From Mobula birostris (lineage: Eukaryota), in the NCBI RefSeq assembly GCF_030028105.1, contig NC_092370.1, positions 113,784,793 through 113,848,792 on the forward strand: a DNA stretch of 64,000 nt, read 5' to 3'. The notes beneath the pieces are model-generated. The model did no database searches and was not told where the DNA came from. It saw only the letters and a list, made by a program, of their open reading frames with translations. This document shows, piece by piece, positions 25,471 through 37,130 of the stretch (positions are counted from its first letter, which is position 1; every line of letters begins with the position of its first letter). The position numbers and the translations under genes are program-made.

Positions 25471-27469
25471 TGAGAAGGACACCCATCGTCCAGGCCTTTA
25501 CATATTCAGTAGGTTTCAAAGAGATATCCATTAGTCTCCTAGGCACCAGCGAGAACAGTCCTGGTACAATCAAACGTTCCTTATGTGATAACCCTTTCAT
25601 TCCTGGAACCATTCTCCTAAACCTCCTCTGGACCCTCTCTAATGCCAGGACACTCTTTCTCGGATATGGAGCCCAAAATCACTGAAAATACTCCATATGT
25701 AGTCTACCGATCTCTTATAAAGATTCAACATTACAATTTTTTTATTTATTAGATTACTGAATGGACAATGAATCCACATGTACTTCCTCACTATCTTCCT
25801 CTTGCTTAACTCTCTTCTTCTCTACTTATTTAATTTAATATATATCTTATTGTAATTTATAGATTTTATTATATATTGTACTGTAATGCAGCTGCAAAAT
25901 AATAAGTTCCACGACCTATGTCAGTGATATTAAAACTGTTTCCCATTCTATTCTGATTATATTCTAGACCCCTCGAAATGATTGCTGTCATTGCATTTGT
26001 CTTCTCCACTACTGAGTCAAACAGCAAGTTAACCTTTAGGGAATCCTGCACCAGCACTCTCAAGTCTTCTTGCACATTCGGTTTCTGCTTTCTCCCTCTC
26101 TTCAGAGAATATTCTGTGCCTTTATTCCTTCTACCAAAGTGCATGGTCATACACTTCCCTACACTGTGTTCCATCTGTCACGTTTTTGTCCATTGTCCTA
26201 ATCTGTCCGAGTCCTTTTGCAGATTTCCTGTCTCTATTTTGCTTTTATGCTATCTTTGACCTCCCTTAACTCTGTTTCTCTTTACAAAGATGCCATCTGG
26301 CCATATAAGTATTTTAAGCATTTTATGTTTTTATTTTATAGAATCATTCAGTAACAGAGCCTGGATAGAGGCCCTTCAGCCCCAATCGTCCATGCTGACC
26401 ACAGCATCCTCCCTGCTAGTTCCAGCTGCTGTATTTGAGTTATAGTCCTTCAAGCCCTTTCCTTCCATTTACATATGCAAATACATCTTAAATATTACAA
26501 ATGCACCATCTCAACCACTTCCTCAGGCAGCTCACTATCCTTTGTATAAAGAAATTACCTTTTAGGTCTCTTTTAAATCTCTTCTGTATTATCTTGTATC
26601 AGTGTCCTCTAGTTTTTGTCTCTCCAATCCTGGGGAAAAGGCTATGACCTGTCTATACCCCTCATGATTTTATAAACTTCTACAAGTTTAAGTTCTTCTA
26701 ACTTCCTTCTTTATTGTTATACAGAGAGACCAGTGGGAATAGAAGCTAGAGCAGTGGTGTGCTTCTCTTGCATGATGTGGAAGTTAGGGAGATGTCTATA
26801 CCTGTGATAAGTGCATCCACATTTACAAACTGTACTAGGGAATTGGAGCTGGTGCTAGATGACCTTCAGATCATTCAGAAAATTGAGGGGTTCATAGGAG
26901 TTACAAAGAGATAGTGTTGCTGGAAACAGGTAGCTGAGTGATCATGAAGAGAGGGAACGGGTATTGGCAGACAGTACGGAATACCCCTGTGGGAATTCCC
27001 CTCAACAAGTGTTTCATTTTATCTAGTTTTAGGGAGATGACCTACCACAGTGGTCAGTGGTCTCAGCACTCAGTATGTCTCTTTGGTTCAGAAAGGAAGG
27101 TGGGTGGGTGAGGAAGAAGAGGCCAATAGTAGTGATGGAGGTCATTGGTTAGCACTGGTTAGTGAAACAGACAGGGGGACCTGAGACAGGAAAAGACTCT
27201 TGGATGTTATATTGCCTCCCAGGTATAGAGGATCAGAGATATCTTGAATTGAGTCCATAGCCATCTTAAGGGGGAGGGTGAGAAGCGATAAGTCATGGTG
27301 CACTTTCATACCAATGATATAAGCAGGAAAAGTGATGAGGACTTACAAAATAAGTTTAGGGAATAAGGTACGAAGTTAAAAGACAGGACCTCCAAGATGG
27401 AGATCGCATGAAGCAATCCATTGTTGTGTGGTAAAACATAAGGAAGGCTGTGCAGTTGAACATGTGACT

Positions 27470-28119
27470 TATAAATTGACAGTGCTTTTCGGGATAATTC
27501 CTCAATATATTCATCGTATTTCTCTATCAGACCAATATGTAATTGTATTTGTCACATTATTGGCCAGATGGGCTATTTCATTGAAATGGAAAGATGCCCC
27601 TACTCCAACTATGATACAATGGTTGTCTCAGGTGACGTTATGTCCTAGTTTGGAGAAAATTTGAAGACGAACTTTTGATCCCCGATTTGACTTTGAGAAA
27701 AGGTAGTGTTCTTTTGCCCGCACTACCATTTCATCTGAGTTAATTAAGGTAGTCCGCTTCTGATTCTTGTGTAATTGGTTTTGGTTGGCGGATCGATGTT
27801 TTTCTTTTATGGAAGCCTCTATGGCGTATAGCTCTGGGGTTGTGCTCCCAATGGGTTTTTTTCTCGTTTTGTTTTGGTTAGTAGTTTCTTTTGTGTTTTA
27901 GTTAGTAGGGGTTCATTTTTCCTCCTTTCTTTTTTCCAAAAAAATAGTAGTTTTAACATTTTCTCTTTTCTTATTACTATTGGTATACTGTTTAGCTTTG
28001 GTAATCAGTTATTTGATAGTTTGACTCTTATTGTATATATTGATATGTTGATTTGACTACTTTAATGTATTTTTTGTTGATTTTCAATAATAATTAATAA
28101 AAAGATTTAAAGAGAAAGA
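27470..28119 (+). mobile_element. 5'-truncated L1-type element (a different family from the 12.3-kb copy)
   Basis: ORF2 C-terminal remnant LARWAISLKWKD..PT..QWL; T-rich 3' UTR and A-rich tail; TSD AACATGTGACT (27459-27469, 28120-28130). Confidence 0.8.
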
Positions 28120-30316
28120 AACATGTGACTAAGCAGGTGGTTCGTGGGAGAGGGTTTCAGAGTTTTTGGATCACTGAACTCCATTCCAGGGCAGGTGGGA
28201 TCTCTGCAAATAGGACACTTTTCACTCAAGCTGGAGAGGAACTAGTATCCTTAGAGGAAGGTTTGCTAATCCTGCTCGGAAGTGTTCAAACTAATGTTTA
28301 AGAGGGATGGTATCCAGAGTGGCCGGACCAGCAATGAAGTTTTTGGGGGAAAAGAAAGAGATGTCATGACTACGAGCAAATACTTTGTGTATGTTGCTTT
28401 GGATTTCAGCATCTGTGGCATTTTCTCGTTTTTAAGCAGAGATGGAAACTGCAAGATAGAGCAGGGTGGATAAATATTTGGAGTTGCATCTAATGCAAGA
28501 CAAGGAAGGCTGATGCACATAGAGCATGAATCCAGGTATGGACTTATGATGTTGAAATCATTATTGAGACATGGTTACAGGAGGGTGAAAACTGACAGCC
28601 CAATGTTCTGGCATTCTGCTGATTTAGATATGTCAGAGAAGCAGGTATTAAAGGGGGAGATTATACTCATATTACTCATCAGAGATAATGTCACAGCAAT
28701 GCTGAGATGATGTACGGAAGGCTCATCTGCCAAGGCAATTTTCATGAACTTGTGGAATAAAAAAATGAATGATCATGTTAATGGGACTTTATAGAGTTTC
28801 TAATCGTCAGCAGGATTTGGACAAGCAAATTCATAGGGAGATAGAAGACAGTTTCAAGAAATACAAGGTTGTTACAGTAACACATACAAGATTCAAGAGT
28901 AACTCAGCAGGGAAGGCAGCAACTGCAGAAGGAATAAACAATCTATGTTTTTGGTTGAGACCATTTATCAGTTCTCATGAAGGGTGCTGATGAAGAGTCT
29001 TGGCCTGAAACATTGACACTTTATTCCTTTTCATGGGAAAACCTGACCTCATGAGTTCCTCCAGGTTGTTTTATGTGTTACTCTGGATTTCCAGCATCTG
29101 CAGAATCTCTAGTGTTTAGGTTGAGATAGCAGTTGATTTTAACTTTCTTCATATTGATTGGGACTCCCACACTGTAAAAGAACTGGATGAGATGGAGTTT
29201 GTCAAATGTGTTCTAGAAAGTTTCATTATTAATATGCAGAATTCCTAACTAAAGAGAGCACAATATTGGATCTCTTCTTCGGAAATGAGACAGGGCAGGT
29301 GACAGAAGTGAATATAGGGAAACACTTTGGATATAGTGATCATAATTTCATGGACTTCAAAACAATTAGCGAGATTGGATAGGATTGGTTTTCAGACTAA
29401 GGTTCTAATCTAGAGGAAGAGCAATTTTGATGGCTTCAGAAGCCATCTGCCAGGTGTGGATAGGGATAGGTTGTTTTCTAACAAAGATACACGGCAGGTG
29501 GGTGTTCTTCAGAAGAATTGAGTATTGAGAGTACAGAATATATATATTTCTATTAGGATAAAAAGCAAGGTTGGCAGTTTGAGGGAACCGTATTTATCAT
29601 GGGATATTGAGGACCTGGTAAACAAAAAGGAAGCACATATCAGGTATTGACAGTTGGTGTTAAATTTGGCACTTGAGGAATTTAGAACATACAAGAGAAC
29701 ACAAGCGAAATATCAGGAAGGTTGAAATGGGATAAGTGGTTGCTCCAGAAGACAAGTTAAACCAGAATCCAAGGGTTCTATAGGTACTGGGAGCAACAGG
29801 ATAGTAAGGGACAAAGTTGGTTCCCTTGAAGATCAAGTCGGTCATACATGCATGGAGCTAAAAGAGATGCAGAAAAATATTAAATGGTTTATATTTGTGT
29901 TTGCATTTACTCAGGAGACAGACACAGATAACATAGAATCTGGGAAAACACTAGAGGTCATGGACCATGTTCTGATTACAGAAGAGGAAGTGCTTGCTGT
30001 CTTGAGAAGAATTTAGGGTGAATAAGTCCCAAAGTCCTGACGAGGTGTCCCCTCCAAACTTGTGGGAGGCTAGTGCAGAAATTACAGAGGCCAAGGCAGT
30101 AATATTTAAAACGTCCTTATCCATGGGTGAGGTACTGGAGGACTGGAGGGTCGCTAACATTTAAGAATGGTTCTCAGAATAAATCGGAAATTAGAGCCTG
30201 GTGAACCTGACATTAGACGTGGGAAAATTATCGGAAGCTGTTCTTATGGAAAGGATGTACATGTACCAGTGTTGAATAGACAGGGCCGGAAAAGTGATAA
30301 ACAATATTGCTTAATG

Positions 30317-31089
30317 CAGTGGTCCCCAACCTTTTTTGCAGCGTGGACAGGTTTAATGTTGACAAAATTCTTGCGGACTGACCGAACGAGGGGCGGGGGT
30401 TGTTCAAGTAGGCTTAAACTCACCTCAACATTTCTTTTACAGTTACGGTTGCCAACTTTCTCACTCTCAAATAAGGGACAAAAGTTGAAGTCCAATACGG
30501 GACATTAAGATTTACCCCGTGAAAGACTACCATGCCTATGAAGCCTTGCGCGAGCACCTCCGTGCGCATGCGCATGCGCGTATGTGCCAATTTTTTTTAC
30601 CCCCCGCCTGTCGGTTTTGGCTTCATCTTCCCGACTACACTGTACATACATTATTTCTACTTTATATAGACTATGTATTTATCATATCTTTCCTGCTTTT
30701 ACTGTATGTTAGTGTTATTTTAGGTTTTTTTGTTATTTGGTATGACTTGGTAGGTTATTTTTTGGGTCTGGGAACGCTGAAAATTTTTTCCCATATAAAT
30801 TAATGGTACATGCTTCTTCGCTTCACGCCATTTCGGCACGAACGGTTTCAAAGGAACACTCTACGTTAGCGGGTGAAATACGGAACACGGGCGGGCCCGT
30901 ATGGGACAAAGCAATTTAGCCCAATATACGGGATGTCCCGGCAAAGACGGGACAGATGGCAACCCGATGTTCAAGTTCAACAGTGCGTAACAGGGAATGA
31001 GGAAAGGTGCAGCTGACTCACATCGTTTCCTCACGGCCCGGTTGGTCATGCATTGCGGCCCGGAAGCGGTCCGCGGCCCGGGAACACTG
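30317..31089 (+). mobile_element. hAT-type non-autonomous DNA transposon (composite)
   Basis: Starts CAGTGGTCCCCAACC, ends GGGAACACTG; 8-bp TSD GCTTAATG (30309-30316, 31090-31097); absent from paralogous units. Confidence 0.8.
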
Positions 31090-34000
31090 GCTTAATGCTC
31101 TATAAGTCATGTCTAACTAATTTATAGAGAACTTTTTTAAGGAGGTTACCAAGAAGTATGTTGAAGGGAACACTGTGGGCTTTAGAAAAGCCTTTGATAA
31201 AATGGCAGAATCGTCAAGAAGATTAAGTTGCCTGGTACTGTATTCAGGATGAAGTAGTCAATTAGATTGAATGTTGGCTTAGGGGAAAAAGCCAGAGAAT
31301 GGTGGTTAGTGTTTGACTCTCTGCTTGGAGGCCTGTGACTAGTGCTGTGCTGCAGGAATCGGTGCTTGATCCATTGTTGTTGGTCACTTATATTAATGAT
31401 TTAAATGACAATATGTTAAAGTGGATCAACAAATTTGCGGAAGACACCAAGATTGAGGGCATAGGGAACATTGTGCTTTATAGATTCACATTCAAATCAT
31501 TTCCATAATAATTAATAACAGAGGTTCCAACACTGACCCCTGGGTAAACTGAAATTTAATAAGAACTGTACAAAATAAAAGGAAAATAATAAATGCAAAG
31601 TCAATAGGGCTACAAGCTAAAATTAAAACTAAAGATCTAACTCTGACACTGAGCTTCAGAAGGAGTAATTTAATAGTAAGTTAGTACCACTCCTTTAAGG
31701 CGTCAATCTAAATTGGAGTCTTCTATCTTGGAAAGTTGGCTAAGGTAATCGGGGGAGTGTCGCCGTTGTTGTGCTTCAGTCAAGACTCAACAAGACTGAA
31801 GGAAATTAAATAAAACTACAATGCAACCCCAATTGGCTGCAATGTGCATTCTCACGAGCGTGATTGCTGATGACCGCTTTCAGCTGTCCACCCCACGGCA
31901 GAATCCATGGTTTTTACAGATCACCACCCTCACCACCCCTGCAACTCCACCCCGCCATGATGCACAGCTCCAGGGGTACTAGAGACCTGTGCCCACTGGA
32001 GGTCCAGGATGAGAGACTTGTCCAGGATGTCACAAATTGGAACGCAAGAAAGATTCTCTGGGCCCTTTCTCTCCCAGTTCACTAGTTGCTGATGTGACGT
32101 CTTGTTTTGGGCACAAATGGGACAGGCAGAGACAAAGTCGTGGACATCTTGGGACGTAGACTGCCATGTCAATCATCTCTTTATGAATTCCAGGGTCTGT
32201 TGAATCCCTGGATGGCCAACCAGATGGGAAGAGTGACCTCAGGCAAAGATTTAGGAACACACAGAGGCAGGGACAAACAGCTGGTTAGGAACTTCTCCGT
32301 CTGGGCCTGGATCTGACTGTTCGGCAGTCCTCACTTGTTTCTATTCCCCAAATCACTGGAACAGCTATGCTTGTGCGAGGAAAGATGTGATCTAGATTGG
32401 CGTTGACCTCAGAGACATCAAACTGACAGAAAAGAACATCGGCCTTAGTATCATCTGCCTAACCTTCCTCACAGTCTCGTTACACGCTGCATCGACTGTC
32501 TCATCCTCAGCCCCATCACTCATGCTTCCAATCCCCTGCTAACTTAGTTTCAACCTTCTCCAACAGCTCTAGCAAACCTACTCACAAAGATATTGATCCC
32601 CCTTTGGTTCAGGTTTAACCGATCTTTTTTTGTACAAGGCATATTTTCCCTAGATGAGATCCCAATGATCCAACAATCTGAAACCCTGCCCGCTACACCA
32701 GATCCTCAGCCACTCATTCGTCCTACTTGTGTCCTAACTAGCACATGGAACTGGGTATAATTCAGAGATTACACATGCTCTGTGGCCCTGCAAAATCTCT
32801 TCCCTGTTTTTACCCATGTCATTGGTGTCAATGTACACATCCGCCTTTGTCTGGTTACTCAACCTCTTCTGCAGCTGTTCTGAGACCTGCTTAATCCTGG
32901 CACCTGGGAGGCAGCACACCATTCTGCGTCTTTGTTGCGGCCACCAAATCACTTGTCCAATCCCTAATTACTGAGTCTGCTATCACTATCTCTCTACCTG
33001 ATTTTACCCTTCTCTGCTGAGCCACAGAGCCGGCCATACTGCCACTGGCCTGGCTGCTGCTGCCGTGCACTGACAGGTCATTCTTCCCCCATCCCCCACT
33101 GTAGTATCCAAAGGAATATTTGATGCTGAAGGGAATGAATAGTAGAAAATATGATGTCACCCTATCCCGTTTAATAGTAGCTTTCTTTCAAATGATGGCA
33201 GTTTGCAAGGTGTGTATGTTCAGAGGGCCCAGGGTGCCTTTGCACATTATTCTCTGAAAGCCAATATCCGTATGAGGGATAGGTCAAGCTATGAGGGAGG
33301 CAAATCAAGGAACTGGATATAATTTCCAGAGATAAGGACAACAACGATGTGGTCGAGGGAGGCATATGAGTAGTTATTGCTATATGGAATTCCTTCGAGT
33401 GGTCTGAGCCATTTTCAAGGACACATCTATGGATCTGAATAAATACACCTACACCATGTAGGTTCAATGGGCACCTACATCATGGCCATTAGAAAAACAG
33501 TTGTAGACGAGTGTCTCCCCATAAGCTCATTCAGGGTCTTCTCCCGCCAGAAGCCTTGAATGAACCATGAAATCAGAAATTTGCTGAGGGCCAGGTCAGA
33601 GGCATTCAAGTCTGGTGACCAATAAAGTTACAAGAGGTCCTGGTACACTCTCTGGAAAGCCTCCTTATGGGCAAAGCCTCCTTATTTGCCAGACGAAACC
33701 TGAATCAGCAAAGGATAGTCAATAGTTGTGGCAGGGCTTGAATGCTGTCACTTCTTATGAAGTAAAATCAAGTGACAAAGGTGACAACAGGGCTCACTTA
33801 CAGATGAACGCAATGCCGTCTGTGCTTGCTTCGACCGTCAAAACATGGAGGAACCATCACAAACACTCACAGCGCCGGACGATCGAGTGATTTTAGTCTC
33901 TGAGGGTAATGTACGGGCAACCTTCTGGAAGACGAAAATCATTTAGGCCAGACATGATACCTGGCCAAGTACTGAAGACCAGTGTTAATTAACTGGCGGG

Positions 34001-35081
34001 ACTGTTCACTGATCTTTAACCTGTCTCTTTGGCTGATGTACCCATCTGCTTCAATCAGACTTCTCTGATTCTGGTGCCTCAGAAGAACATGGTAACCTGC
34101 CCCAATGACTAAAGTCCAGTATCACTTACATCCACAGTGAGGAAATGTTTTAAGAAGTGATGTTTTAAGGAAAGCAACATCCGTCATCAGAAACACCACC
34201 CACCCCAACCCTCCCCCACATTGCAGATCATGCTCCCCTCTCACTGCTCCCATCAGGAAGTACCGACAGGAGCCTCAGAACTACACCACCAGGTTCAGCA
34301 ACAGGTATTACCCCTCCACAATCAGGCTCTTGAACCAAATGGTATAACTTCACTTGACCCATCACTGAAATGTTCCCACAACATATGGGGTCCCCGTCAA
34401 GGATATTCACCTCATCTCCTCAGTATTTATTGCTGAATTATTAAAGATAAGACGCAGAAAAGATTCACAAGTATGTTTCTGGGATTGGAGGATTTTAGTG
34501 ATAGAGATCGGATATGTTGAGACTGTTTTCCACGGAATAAAGGAGTCTGACTGGCGACAGTGCAGAGATTTAAAACAATTCTAAGGACCATTGAGTTGTA
34601 CAGCACAGAATCAGGCCCTTATGCCAAACTCGTCCTTACCGAGCAAGTTTCGCACGTAAACCAGTCCCGTTTATCTGCATTGAACGCGTATTTCTCTGAA
34701 CCTTTCTTATCCACGTAGATGCCCAAATGACTTTTAAATCTCTCGATGGTTCCTGCCTCTAACTCTTCCTCTGGCAGCTTGTTGTCTGTACCCACCGTCC
34801 TTTCCCTGAAGAACCTACCACACATGTCTCTTATAGATCTTTCCCCGCTCACTTTAAATCTATCGTCTCTAGTTTGGGCTCTCGTACCCTGCGGAAATAT
34901 TCTCCCAATTCACTGTTCTCGAGCGACGCCTGTATATGAATAGACTGTTGATGAGGCTGATCGGGTAACTTTCGTGGAATTGGATAGAGTTCTTTATGCG
35001 AAGAAAGGTGATGGCATTTATGGCATAAGCTGCGAATTCGCTGAGTCGGGAATGATTCGTGTGACCTCTACCCTGAGGAAG

Positions 35082-35120
35082 AGTTTTTGTCAGCAGCTCC
35101 GGTTGCAGTTTAACTCTGTG
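35082..35120 (-). promoter_or_regulatory. 23-RSS of V3
   Basis: CACAGAG (35120-35114), 23-nt spacer, ACAAAAACT (35090-35082). Confidence 0.95.
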
Positions 35121-35544
35121 GGTCCCAATAGGCACAGTAATAGATGCCGGAATCCTCTTTCTCGAGACGGCTCACAGTTAGAATATACTGCTTTTGTACA
35201 ACATTTCTCGCTGTAAATCTGTTATCAATTCCATCGTCGCGTCTGGTCTTCCCATTACTGTAATAGAGGATCCTGACCGGGCGTTGCCCATCTGGCTGCC
35301 GGTACCAGTGGATTACCTCCGTGTTCGCTGATCCCAGATCGCATCTCATAACGGCATGATTGCCCACATTTTTGGTGATGGACATCGGAGACTGTATCAA
35401 TTCAGCACCAAGACATCTGCCTGTGGAAACAGAAATCAAAGTCATAACGTGTTTAAAAGTCTGAAACAAACAGAGAGTAAATGGATGAAAATCAATCAAC
35501 TAACGGAGGAAAAGTATCACAAAAGCCACGCAACCCAGCCGCAT
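35121..35544 (-). CDS. TRGV: Intact TRGV gene (V3): leader 35544-35505, intron 35504-35421, V exon 35420-35121
   Basis: Same structure as V1. Product ...AELIQSPMSITKNVGNHAVMRCDLGSANTEVIHWYRQ...YYCAYWD; open frame and intact splice sites. Confidence 0.85.
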
Positions 35545-36209
35545 GGTGTTTGTCGAGTTGTGACTGTATTTGACACGGATTTAGGCGTGGCCTGGCTAGT
35601 TATAAATAACAGCACGCTTCACGTCCCACTTTCTCTCAACGTGTCACAGACCACGCCTTCCAACCCTATTTGAAAACCACACACATATTTTTTCCTCTGC
35701 ATAAAATGAGATTTTGTTAGAATTGCACAGCAGTTCATTGGACGATTTTTTTGGGTTTCGTACTTGCTCCGCTTAACATGAAGAAATCCGTCACGATACC
35801 AGGCCTTTCGGGACCAACAAGCCCGGGCCATCCAATTCCATCAATGTGATCAATTAACCTACTAACCCGCAAACAGGAGAAATTTTGCAGTTGCTGAAGG
35901 ACTTCGAACGCTGACTTCTCCCCTTCCTTTCCAGTCCTGAAAAAGGGGTTCAGTCCGGAAAGTCGACTATTTACCCTTTTCCATAAATGCTGCTTGCCTT
36001 ACTGAGTTCCTCCATTATTTTTTGTGTATTGCTTTGGGCACCTACTAATCCTTACGTCTTTTGAACATGGGAGGAAACCGGAGCAGCCGGAGGAAACCCA
36101 ACGGTCACAGGAAGATCGTTCAAATTCCTTTCAGGACAATGATGGAATTTAACCTGGGTCGCTGGCGCTGTAACAGCGTTACACTAACCGCTCTGGGATC
36201 GTTCCGTCC

Positions 36210-37130
36210 AAAAACATTCCCCAAATTAGACGTCACCAGCCAGTTGTCTTTTCAGTTATACGTGAACATATTTAAAATATTTATCCTCCCTTTATGGATA
36301 TTTTGTTGACATTCCCTAAATTTCCCGCCGAACACCACAGTTGGGGCAAGTGGCTTCAGAGCGGCGGACGGGGGAGGTGAGTTGGGGTGTTGCTCGGCTC
36401 CTTCAGACGTCAGGAGTAGATGGAGATAATTCTCACAGACACCCCCGGTTTCTCCATCTTGGCCTTCACTTTGTCTAATCTTTTGTCTCCGGAGTCTGTG
36501 ACAGAGCAAGGAGAGCGATATCCTTCCCACACGCGGTCTTAAAGTGCCGACCCTGGACCTGTCTCGCATCTGCCCCCGTCGCCGCGACCGTATTCCGTGT
36601 ACGTTCCGTTGGGTGGGATGTTTGATGAACCGAATGCCATCTGTGCCATGTCTGTGAATCTGTTCATCTTTCCCTATTAACGTGGTTTTAATTATTCCAA
36701 CTGGGCAGAACCTGTCATTAAATATTACTTTACGTTGGGTTGCGCTGTGAAATTTGAAAGGACGATACCTAATTTGTTTATTTAGCGATACAGCACGAAG
36801 TAGGCCCAATCACCCCCGACAAACGGTATTAACCCTAACCCAGTCACGGAACAATTTACAACCCGGAGGTCTAATAGCGACGCGCTAATCGTTGCGCTTC
36901 CGCGGTGCCTGGGCAGTGTACGTCCTTTATCAAATGCCCAGGACCCTCTTTCCTGTCGCTGTAAACGTCCAAGTGCCGTAACTAACCAAGTCCTAGTTGT
37001 AAACCTCCCGCAAACCTTCTCCTTAAATCAACTCATTCGTTAACAATTTCTCCTTCCGATAACTCCTTTAGGACAGGTAGGTTAATCGATTCAGAAACTT
37101 CCTGTGTAAATGCTCCGACTGCAATCGCTC
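36210..37130. other. CpG-rich block of unknown origin upstream of every V (also about 5650-6560, 19570-20480, 43750-44670, 62370-63110)
   Basis: Five collinear copies. Contains a SINE-head remnant, but the remainder matches no repeat I recognise. Confidence 0.55.

Noticed and set aside
31930-32172. Zinc-finger/chromodomain fusion ORF as a domesticated gene
   Set aside because: Only 80 aa, made of degenerate integrase remnants with key chromodomain residues altered and no promoter or exon evidence.
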